Below, piece by piece: positions 28,293-39,200 of a stretch of 64,000 nt of DNA. A model generated the notes under the pieces. That model ran no database searches. It worked only from the letters and a program-made list of their open reading frames with translations, and had not been told where the DNA came from. Every line of letters starts with the position of its first letter. Position 1 is the stretch's first letter. Source of the DNA: Deltaproteobacteria bacterium (GTDB lineage: Bacteria > Myxococcota > Kuafuiibacteriia > Kuafuiibacteriales > Kuafuiibacteriaceae); the NCBI GenBank assembly GCA_040218735.1, contig JAVJQW010000022.1, positions 32,001-96,000 on the forward strand, in the 5' to 3' direction. The translations under genes were made by a program, and so were the position numbers.

Positions 28293-31163
28293 TCAGGGCC
28301 CCCAGATCTCGTCGCGGTAGCCGCGGACGCGTGCGTCGTAGTCGACGTTGAAGCGGCTGCGGTCGGGGTTCGGGTCGTTCGCGGGTCCGCTGATCACCGG
28401 CGCCACGAAGAAGTCCACGAACTCGCGGTTGAACGCCTTCGTGGGGGCGTTGTGGGCGATGCGTGCGATCGAGCGGTAGAAGGCGTCCTTCTCCTCGGCG
28501 CCCCATCCCAGCTCCGCGGGGAGTGTGTGCTCCGGGAAGACCTCGCGCGCCTTGTCGTAGTTGCGCTCGTACAACCCCATCCCCGCGAGGATGTTGCCGC
28601 GCGCGTCCTTGTAGAACCGGTCGCCGAACCGCGTGTCGTAGTGGAGGTTGTCGGCGCCGTCGAACGCGATCCGCACCTGCTCGGGGACGTCCTTGATCTT
28701 GAACGTGCCGCGGCTCTTCAGCGATGACGGCGTGTAGGCGTGCTCCGGCCGACCGTAGCGCGCGTTCACCTGCTGCGCGGCCGCCTCGTACGTCAGCCCG
28801 TCGGCCTCCATGAGGTTCGCGACCTCGATCTCCTTACGCCACCCCGCGACGTCCGGGAGCAGCCCGTGCTCTTGGTTGTACGCGCGGTTCTCCGCGGCCT
28901 CCTCCTCGGACACCGTCGCGAAGTAGTTGCGCGCGCCGCGCACCGACTCCCGCGCCGCCCAGTGCAGCGGGTTCATTGTGTCGTCCGTGAACCACTGCTT
29001 GCCGGCGTCGCCCGCCGCCGCGAGGACACCGTCGTCCGTCGACCGGATGATCGCGTTGTCGAAGTTGCTCTCCTGCACGCCGATCGCGATGAGGTCCTGG
29101 AAGGTGCGGTCCGCGTGCTGGGGGCTGATGCCGTACTCCTCACCGAACTCGCGCCGTACGTCCTGGTAGGCCGAGACGTACTCGTTCACCGCGTGACGCT
29201 CGTCGGCGTCGGTGAGCTGCACCGCGCCCGTGAAGGCCCCCGCGTCCTGCCACTGCCGCTTCGCCTCCGTGGCGCGCTCGGCGTCGAGGTGACGCGCGCG
29301 CACCGCGTCCGTGTCGGTGAACGGCTCGGCGCGGAAGACGGAGATCGCGCGGTAGTGCAGCGGCGATCGCGACAGGTCGTTGATCGGCTCGCGGTACACC
29401 TCACCCGCGAAGTTGTGTTCGACGATCGGCACGCCGTCCTTGTTGCGACCGACGACCACACCGCTGTGACGCACACCCTCTTCGAACGCGAGGTCGTCGT
29501 AGCGCTGCGTGTGTTTGCTCATCCGGCCGTTGCCGAGCGAGACGAAGTCGCCGACCTGGATGTCGTCGTACGCGCCGCTCACCGGTCCTTCGCCGCGCTG
29601 CCAGACGGATTCGCCGCCGTTGTCGAGGACGACGCCGCGTTTGTGCCACGCGCCGAACCCTTCGCGACCGACGCCCGTCGGGTCGCCGGTCTCCTCGAGC
29701 ATCCGCCCGTAGGAGACACCGGCGATCTCCGCCGCGCGCCGCGTGGTGTGGAAGGAGCACGCCTCCCACTCGTCGTGCATGCGCTGGAGGCGCTCCTTCT
29801 CGGCCGGGTCGTCCGTCGCGTCGATGCGTTTCTGCAAGCGAGCTTGCTGGACCTCGACCTCGCGCGTGCCGCGCCCGTACACGCCGGGCTCGAAGTTCTC
29901 GAGCTCCGGCAGGTACAGCTCGCGGTCCGCGTTCGGCGACTGGGGTCCGTCGTCGTTCGTGACCTCAGCGTCACCACCCGTCGGGAGGCCGGTGGGCAAC
30001 CCGGCGGGGAAGAGCTTCGCGACGGTATCCTCGCCGACCACGCCGTCCGGGCTCAGCCCGTTCGCGCGCTGGAAGCGCTGGACCGCCTGCTTGGTGCCGC
30101 CGCCGAACACACCGTCGGCGTTCGGTCTACCGGCCGCGCTCGACGGCGCGAGGTGGCCGCTGTCGATCAGCGCGCGCTGAATCGACCGCACCGACTCGCC
30201 GCCCATGCCGCGCTTGATCAGCGCATCGCCGCTCGCCGCCGCTTCGAGATCCGGCGCGTCGGTGTAGCCGGCCGGCAGCTCGATCGGGTCGGCGCGGACG
30301 TTGGCGTTCCGCTGCGTCGTCGGTCGCTCGACCTCCGGCTCGGCGGCCGGCTGGAGCTTCCCGAGCGTGGCTGGCCCCACGACGCCGTCCGGCCCGAGGC
30401 CGTTCGCTCGCTGGAAGGCCTGCACGGCGTTCTTCGTCTCGAGATCGAAGACCCCCCGCGCGTTGCTCCCGCCGCGCGCGTTGGTGGGCGCGAGGTGCCC
30501 GGACTCGATCAGGCTGCGCTGCACGTCGCGCACCGAATCCCCCGCCATCCCGCGCTTCATCAGCCCTTCGCCGGCCCGGATCTGCGCGGCGGTCGGCGCC
30601 GCCTTGAAGCCGGCCGGGATCTCCACCGGCGCATCGGCGATGGGCGGCGCGACGGTCGGCGCGGGCGGCCCCATCTGCGGCGGGATGCGCGCGGTGACGG
30701 CCGGCGGGGGCGGCGGCGCCTTCGGGAGGTGGGGCTGCAGCTGCTGCTGCGCCTCGCGGTCGAGCATGTTCATCGCCGCGGTGCGATCACTCGGGCGCAT
30801 GCTGCGGAGGTCGCGGCTCAGGGGCTGAAAGCCGCCGGCCTTCAGGACCTCCTTCGCGGTGACGGTGCCGTCGGCCTCCTCGAGACCGACGAGCGACCAC
30901 AAGCTGTCTTGTCCGTTGTCGTACTTGGCGCGGAACTCGGAGTAGCTCAGCCCCTGGGGTCCCTGCGTGAGCCGCTGGAGGGCGAGCGCCTCGTCACTGC
31001 CTTCGGCGGGAGCGTCCGCGGGATCGAGGCGGGCCGCTTCGACGGTCGGCTCCGCGGCCGGGTCGACGTTCGTATCGGTGATTGCGGGCGAGGTGCCGGG
31101 CTGACCGACGCTGACCGACTTCGACACACCCTGATTGAACGGGGTGCGCACGGGGGACCGCAA
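28293..31163 (-). CDS. Peptidoglycan-binding protein with putative NlpC/P60-CHAP-like and lysozyme-like domains (start uncertain)
   Basis: Two PG_binding_1 repeats (TKNAVQAFQRANGLGPDGVVG; TKQAVQRFQRANGLSPDGVVG); EACS/RHSGVV; IGVQESNF...AHNAP. Confidence 0.7.
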   Translation of the reverse strand: MRSPVRTPFNQGVSKSVSVGQPGTSPAITDTNVDPAAEPTVEAARLDPADAPAEGSDEALALQRLTQGPQGLSYSEFRAKYDNGQDSLWSLVGLEEADGTVTAKEVLKAGGFQPLSRDLRSMRPSDRTAAMNMLDREAQQQLQPHLPKAPPPPPAVTARIPPQMGPPAPTVAPPIADAPVEIPAGFKAAPTAAQIRAGEGLMKRGMAGDSVRDVQRSLIESGHLAPTNARGGSNARGVFDLETKNAVQAFQRANGLGPDGVVGPATLGKLQPAAEPEVERPTTQRNANVRADPIELPAGYTDAPDLEAAASGDALIKRGMGGESVRSIQRALIDSGHLAPSSAAGRPNADGVFGGGTKQAVQRFQRANGLSPDGVVGEDTVAKLFPAGLPTGLPTGGDAEVTNDDGPQSPNADRELYLPELENFEPGVYGRGTREVEVQQARLQKRIDATDDPAEKERLQRMHDEWEACSFHTTRRAAEIAGVSYGRMLEETGDPTGVGREGFGAWHKRGVVLDNGGESVWQRGEGPVSGAYDDIQVGDFVSLGNGRMSKHTQRYDDLAFEEGVRHSGVVVGRNKDGVPIVEHNFAGEVYREPINDLSRSPLHYRAISVFRAEPFTDTDAVRARHLDAERATEAKRQWQDAGAFTGAVQLTDADERHAVNEYVSAYQDVRREFGEEYGISPQHADRTFQDLIAIGVQESNFDNAIIRSTDDGVLAAAGDAGKQWFTDDTMNPLHWAARESVRGARNYFATVSEEEAAENRAYNQEHGLLPDVAGWRKEIEVANLMEADGLTYEAAAQQVNARYGRPEHAYTPSSLKSRGTFKIKDVPEQVRIAFDGADNLHYDTRFGDRFYKDARGNILAGMGLYERNYDKAREVFPEHTLPAELGWGAEEKDAFYRSIARIAHNAPTKAFNREFVDFFVAPVISGPANDPNPDRSRFNVDYDARVRGYRDEIWGP

Positions 31164-31181
31164 GTAGCGGTCGCCCGAATC

Positions 31182-33359
<2,178 letters not shown>

Positions 33360-33422
33360 TCACGCGCCGGACCCGGTGTCCATGTGGGGTAGCGACGCGC
33401 ACCGGTCGCGCTGGGACCGGGC

Positions 33423-34793
33423 TCAGCGGAAGCGGGCGGGGTCGATGCCGGCGCGTTTGAGCCACCGGTACAGCTGCGTTCGGTGCCAGCCGTTGTCGAT
33501 CGCGGCGGCCTTCACGTTGCCCTTGGCCTGCGCGAGCGCGGCCTCGAGCGCCGCGAAGGACGGAATCCCGTCCTCGCTCTCGGGGTCCGCGGGCGCGACG
33601 GCCGCGCTGGCCGGCGCCGTCTTGTCGAAGCGCTGCGCGAGCGGACCGCGCAGCTCCAGCGGGAGGTCGATCAGCTCGAACGGCCCTTCTCCGGCGAGCT
33701 GCTCGAGCCGCTTCGTGAGCTTGCGGAGCTCGCGCACGTTCATCGGCCAGTCGTGCAGGAGCAGCGCCTCGTAGAACTCGGGGGTGGCGTCGCGCACCGG
33801 ACGGTCCGGGAACTCCGTGCGCAGGAAGTGCTTGAACAGCGTCAGGACGTCGGCGCGGCGCTCGGCGAGCGACGGGATGCGGAGCACCCAGTCACACAGG
33901 CGCGCCAACAGGTCCTGCCGAAAGCCCGTGTCCTCCAGGTCGATGTGCGTCGCGGCCACCACGCGGACGTCGACCGAAACCGGCGCCCCGCCGCCGAGCG
34001 GCTGGATGGTCTTGTCCTCGAGGACGCGCAGAAGCTTCGCCTGGACCGGCGCCGGGAGGTCGCCGACCTCGTCGAGGAAGAGGGTCCCGCCCTCGGCGAG
34101 CCCGAAGTAGCCGGTGCGCTCGGACTCGGCGCCCGTGAAGGCCCCCTTCTTGTGGCCGAACAGCTCCGACTCCGCGATCTCCGCGGGGATGGCGGCGCAG
34201 TTCACCGGGACGAACGCGCCATCGCGCCCGCTCACCTCGTGGATGGCGTGCGCGGTGACCTCCTTGCCGGAGCCCGTGGGGCCGAGGAGCAAGACGGTGC
34301 CGTCCGTCGGCGCGACGGTGGCGATGGAGCGCTTGAGGAGCAGCGTCGCGGCCGAGCCGCCGATCACCCCGCCGACCCCCGACGGATCCGCGTTGGGCGC
34401 CGCCGGCAGGTGGTCTCGCGACGGTTCGCGGTCGACGACCATCAGCGTGTCACCGGCGGAGAGCACCACGCCGTCCAGGGGGCGGCGTCCGGTGACCGGG
34501 GCGCCGTCCAGGTAGGTGCCGTTGGTCGTGGCGAAGTCCTCGACGAGGTAGCCGGAGGCCCCCGCGCTGAGCGCGACGTGGCGGCGCGACATGCGCTGGT
34601 CCCGCACCCGCTCGCCGGCGTCCGAGCTGCGCCCGAACACCAGCTCGCGGCCGTCGAGCACGAATTCGGCCCCGTGGTAGTCCGGATCCGGGGAGTGGAC
34701 GATGCGGATCCTCAGCGCGCTCGTGTCCGCCGTGAGGGTGACGTCGCGACGGAGCGTCGTCATCGTCACGGGCGGGTCGAGATCTGCGCTCAC
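33423..34793 (-). CDS. FHA-domain sigma54-dependent enhancer-binding protein
   Basis: FHA (FGRS, MSRRH, TTNGTYL); GPTGSGKE, ESELFGHKKGAFTGA, LFLDEVG, WPMNVREL; C-terminal HTH. Confidence 0.93.
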   Translation of the reverse strand: MSADLDPPVTMTTLRRDVTLTADTSALRIRIVHSPDPDYHGAEFVLDGRELVFGRSSDAGERVRDQRMSRRHVALSAGASGYLVEDFATTNGTYLDGAPVTGRRPLDGVVLSAGDTLMVVDREPSRDHLPAAPNADPSGVGGVIGGSAATLLLKRSIATVAPTDGTVLLLGPTGSGKEVTAHAIHEVSGRDGAFVPVNCAAIPAEIAESELFGHKKGAFTGAESERTGYFGLAEGGTLFLDEVGDLPAPVQAKLLRVLEDKTIQPLGGGAPVSVDVRVVAATHIDLEDTGFRQDLLARLCDWVLRIPSLAERRADVLTLFKHFLRTEFPDRPVRDATPEFYEALLLHDWPMNVRELRKLTKRLEQLAGEGPFELIDLPLELRGPLAQRFDKTAPASAAVAPADPESEDGIPSFAALEAALAQAKGNVKAAAIDNGWHRTQLYRWLKRAGIDPARFR

Positions 34794-34818
34794 GGCTGCA
34801 CCTTAGCGCAATCTTTCG

Positions 34819-34844
34819 CGTGTCACGACACGCCGCGTGACACG
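34819..34844. promoter_or_regulatory. Inverted repeat, candidate upstream activator sequence
   Basis: CGTGTCACG-N8-CGTGACACG between the divergent activator and the sigma54 promoter. Confidence 0.55.
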
Positions 34845-34896
34845 GAGCTCGTGTCAAACGGGCGGCTGGGGTCGGCCTGTGACCGCACGAAGGTCA

Positions 34897-34912
34897 TGGC
34901 ACGGCCCGTGCT
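34897..34912 (+). promoter_or_regulatory. sigma54 (-24/-12) promoter
   Basis: TGGCACGGCCCGTGCT versus consensus TGGCACG-N4-TTGCW, with exact GG-N10-GC spacing. Confidence 0.75.
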
Positions 34913-34924
34913 CTTACGAGACAC

Positions 34925-36166
34925 GTGGCCGACGCATCCTCCCCACGACCCTCGGAGTTCTTCGCCTACGCCGCGCAGCACGGCGCCGCGCAGCTGGTCG
35001 CCCATTCGACGGGCAACTCGAAGATCGAAATCGACGGGCAGACCCTCGCCGACTTCACCTCCAACAGCTACTTCGGCCTCGAGCGCGACCGCCGCCTCCA
35101 GGCCGCGGCCCACAGCGCGATGATGCGGTTCGGGGTCCAGTACGCTGCACCGCGTGCGCACGTCTCGCTCGATCTCTACCGCGAGCTCGAGGGGCTGCTG
35201 GACCAGATCTTCGTGGGCCCGACGATGCTTGCGGCGAGCACCACGCTCGCCCACCTCGCGACGCTCCCCACGTTGGTCTCGCCGCGGGATCTCGTGTTGA
35301 TGGAGACCAGCGTCCACCCGAGCGTCCGGCTCGCCGCCGAGAATCTCGTGGCGCGCGGCGTGCGCGTCCACGAGGTCACGCGCGGGGACTTCGAGACGCT
35401 CGACTCCGTGATGTGGCAACACGCGCCGACGTTCGAGCGGGTGTGGTACCTCGCCGACGGCGTCGACGCGACGTTCGGCGACGTGCTCGACATCCAGCGC
35501 CTCGAGAAGGTCCGCGACGAGCACCCGCAGCTGTATCTGTACATCGGCGATTCCCACGGCATGAGCATCCGTGGGCACCACGGCCGGGGCTTCGCGCTCG
35601 ACGGGCTCCGGTCGCGCGCCCGGACCATCGTGGTGAATTCGCTCTCCAAGTGTTTCGCGGCCGCGGGGGCGGCAGTGGTGTTCCCGAACGACGGGATGAA
35701 GCAGCGCGTGTTCGACGGGGGGGCGCCGATCATCTCGAGCGGACCCCTGCCGCCCCCGATGCTCGGGGCCGCGATCGCGTCCGCGCGCATCCACCTCGCG
35801 GACGAGATCATCGGCCGACAACGGCGCCTGGAGGCGCTGATCGTCACGCGCAACGATCTGCTCGCGCGACACGAGCTGCCCACGCCGGTCACGAGCACCT
35901 CGCCGATCGCGTTCGTGGAGTTGTCGTCCGAGCGGGAGGTCGTCGCGGTGGCGAACGCCCTGAGGACGCGTGGGTACTACGTCCACGCGACGCCGGTGAC
36001 GAACGGCCGCACTGGAATCCGCTTCACGACCACGGTCGACACGTCGGCGCGCACGTTGGAGGCGATGTTGGAGCTGCTCGCGCACGCCCGAAACCACCTG
36101 CACCGGACGCCGTCCGGGCGGCCGTCGTCGTCGAGCCCGCGCGACGTTCCTTGTCGCACCACGTGA
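34925..36166 (+). CDS. PLP-dependent alpha-oxoamine synthase family protein (BioF/SPT/CqsA-like), divergent
   Basis: DFTSNSYFGL, HPSV, YLADGVDATFGD, GDSHG, NSLSK (PLP lysine). Confidence 0.82.
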   Translation: MADASSPRPSEFFAYAAQHGAAQLVAHSTGNSKIEIDGQTLADFTSNSYFGLERDRRLQAAAHSAMMRFGVQYAAPRAHVSLDLYRELEGLLDQIFVGPTMLAASTTLAHLATLPTLVSPRDLVLMETSVHPSVRLAAENLVARGVRVHEVTRGDFETLDSVMWQHAPTFERVWYLADGVDATFGDVLDIQRLEKVRDEHPQLYLYIGDSHGMSIRGHHGRGFALDGLRSRARTIVVNSLSKCFAAAGAAVVFPNDGMKQRVFDGGAPIISSGPLPPPMLGAAIASARIHLADEIIGRQRRLEALIVTRNDLLARHELPTPVTSTSPIAFVELSSEREVVAVANALRTRGYYVHATPVTNGRTGIRFTTTVDTSARTLEAMLELLAHARNHLHRTPSGRPSSSSPRDVPCRTT

Positions 36167-36212
36167 GGCGCCGCCCGCTGTTTGGGCGGCCGTGACGTGC
36201 TATGCGACGAAC

Positions 36213-39200
36213 ATGAACACCCCCCGGGAGATCGCCCTCGCCGAGAAGCTCGCGTGCCTGCGCGCGGTGCCCGAGTTTCGTGGTCTCTCGGAGGAAGCGC
36301 TCACGCCCCTCGCGAAAGCGATGGAGATGCGCGTGTATCCGCCGCCGGGGGGGCCCGGTGTCCTCATGGGTCGGCTGCTGGGGTTGGTGGGTAACGGCGA
36401 CGAGCACTGGATCACGCACCCCAACCGTCCCGTCGCGGAGCGGTTGCTCTCGGTCGTCGTCGACGGACAGGTGCGCCTCGTCCAGACGCAGAACGGCGAG
36501 CCGTGGTCGCGCGCGCTCGGGCCGGGCACGCTGTTCAACGAAGAAGGCGTCGCGCACGCGCTCGGGATGCGCGGGCCCGAGGGTATGAAGATCGGCGCCG
36601 CCCCCGTCGGGCGCGCGTGGGTGTTGGAGCTGCCGAAGGCGAAGGTCGAGTCGGTGCTCGGTCGAGACCCGGAGCAGTCCGCCGTGTTGAGCGGCGTGCT
36701 CCGCGGCTTCGTGAGCGCGCAGTACGCGCCGCCGGTCGTGCAAGTCATGAAGCGCGACCCGAGCCTCGGGAACGCGCGGCTCGACGATCTCTACGCGCTC
36801 GCCGAAGGCGCCGAGGTCGTGCACCTCAAACGCGGCGCGCCGGTGCCCTACTTCGAGCCGGGCCAGGTGCCACAATACTTCTACGTGGTCGTCAGCGGGC
36901 GGCTCGTGTCGGCGCCGCGCGGTCTGCCGGACCCCGTCGCCGTGGGTACGCGCGTCGACACCGCGTTCCCGATCGGGTTGTCGCAGATGATTCGCCGGCA
37001 GGTGTTGAGCGAGCAGCTGTACGCCGCGGACGACGTGACCGTGATGGCGATCGGCGCCGACCGATTCCAGGAGCTGCTCTACACCAACACCGACTTCTTC
37101 CGCGCAATCCTCGAAGGCGCCGGCGTCGACCCGCTCCGCGGACAGCGCGACCAACAAACGGACGTCGACGTGGTGCTCGTCGCGGCGAGCCCGAAGCTCG
37201 AGACGCCGATCGGACCGGTCACGGATCTCCTCGGCGAGGCGATCGCTTCACACATGTACGATCGCACCTGCGTCCTGCACGTGCTCCCGCCGGGTGAAGG
37301 CCCGGTGCCCAACACCCAGCGCATCCTCGCGCCGCACCACGACTCCCGCTACCCGGGTGCCACCGCCGTCACCCATCACTACGCCCGCGCCGACGCCGAG
37401 GGGGTCGAGGCGGTGGACCGGGTGATCGAGGCGCTACGCGAGGAGCGCGCGCACGACCAGGACGTCGCGCACGACATCATCCTCGTGGACATCTCGCGCT
37501 TGGAGAGCGCGAGCACGACGCTCACGCGCTTCGCGGCGTTGAAGGCGCTGACGCGTATCTGCTTCGTCATCGACGACCCGGAGGACTACGTCCCCTTCTC
37601 GATGCTCCTGCGGAGCGTGGAGGTCGTGACGGTCGGTGTGCTGCCGGCGTTCCGCGACCAGCGCCCGATCGGCCTCGTGATGGAGGAGATGCACGACCAC
37701 TTTCAGGAGCAGTCCGTCCTGTCGCGTGTGAAGCAGGCATCGTCGACCGTGTTCGGGTACGGACGGACCCGCCTGCAGCGACGCGCCGAGTCCGCGCAGC
37801 GCTACGCGGAGCGGTTGATGCGGCCGTGGGAGTACGCGGACGGCTCACCGATCGCGATGCCGCCGTGGCCGCCGAGGACGACGCGCGTTCGTTTCGATCC
37901 GGAGCTCCTCGAAGCCGTTTATGCGCGCGTGAACGCGCCGGCCGACGCAGCGCCGCTGAAGCTCGGTGACTGGGAGGCTTCGCGCGACTCGATCAACCGG
38001 TGGGCGCGCGGCGTGACGGGGCGACGCGTGGGCATCGCGCTCGGCGGCGGCGGTGCGTTCGGTTACGTGCACGCCGCGTTGATCCGCCGGCTTCGCAGCG
38101 ACGACTACGACGTCCCGATCGACCTGGTGAGCGGGTCGAGCTTTGGGGCGGTGGTCGGCGCCTACTACGCGGGCGGCGACACGGACTTCGAGCGCCTGAT
38201 CGACCACTGGTACCTCATGACCGCGGCGGTCTCGGTCGGCATCGTCACGACGGCGTCGATGACCTTGGCGATCGACCTCGACGTCGGCGCCTACGACATG
38301 AACGAGATCGAGATCTCGTACTACCCGGTCGTCACCGACGCCGACACCGGGACGGAGTGGAGCCTGCGCCGCGGCACGCTCGGTCGTGGTGTGCGCGCGT
38401 CGGGCTCGCTGCCGCCGATGGCGCCGACGATCGAAGGTGTGCGCCGCCTCCTCGACGGTGGCCTCGTCGCCAACGTCCCCGTGCAGGTGCTGCACGACGA
38501 AGGCGCGGGGATGATCATCGCGTCGAACCCGATTCCGGACCCTGCGCCGCGCGAGCCGAAGGCGCCGTTGCCGATCCCGTTCCTCGGAGCGTTCCTGCGA
38601 TCGAGCGAGCCCATCGACCGCATCATGGACGGGTTCCGCTCCACGCTGATCCTCATGCGCGCGGCCGGCGCGAGCCAGGAGCGGTTCGCGGATCTCGTGT
38701 ACGCCGCCGAGACCCGCGGCACGACGATGTTCCGGTTCCAGGATCGCAAACAGATCATGGCGGAGGCGGAGCGTGATCCCGAGCGCCGGCTCGACCAGGC
38801 CGCAGAGCGCGCGTTGTTGCGCTGGCGTCGCTCGCTGCGACGTCCGCCGACCCGCGTGCAGGTGCTGGAGTCGGGCGAGATCCACGTGCCGGCCGGGCTG
38901 TGTTTCATGGAGCGCGCGGGGCGTGAAGTCTTCACGGAGACCGCCGCGGAGATCCTCGGCGAGGTCGCTGCCTTCCTTCGGGCCTCGCCGCAGATCCGGA
39001 AGGTCGGCGTGCACATCCCGATTCAATCCGCGCGCGGGGAGGAGGCCGTCGGTCCGCACCGACTCGCGGCGGGCGACACCGACGCCGACGAGCGCGCGAG
39101 CCGCGTCGTGGAGGAACTCACGCAGCGCGGCGTCGAGCCCGACCGCCTGCAGATCCTGAAACACGGCTCTGCGCGGTTCACGCGCGGACGCGAGGTGGAG

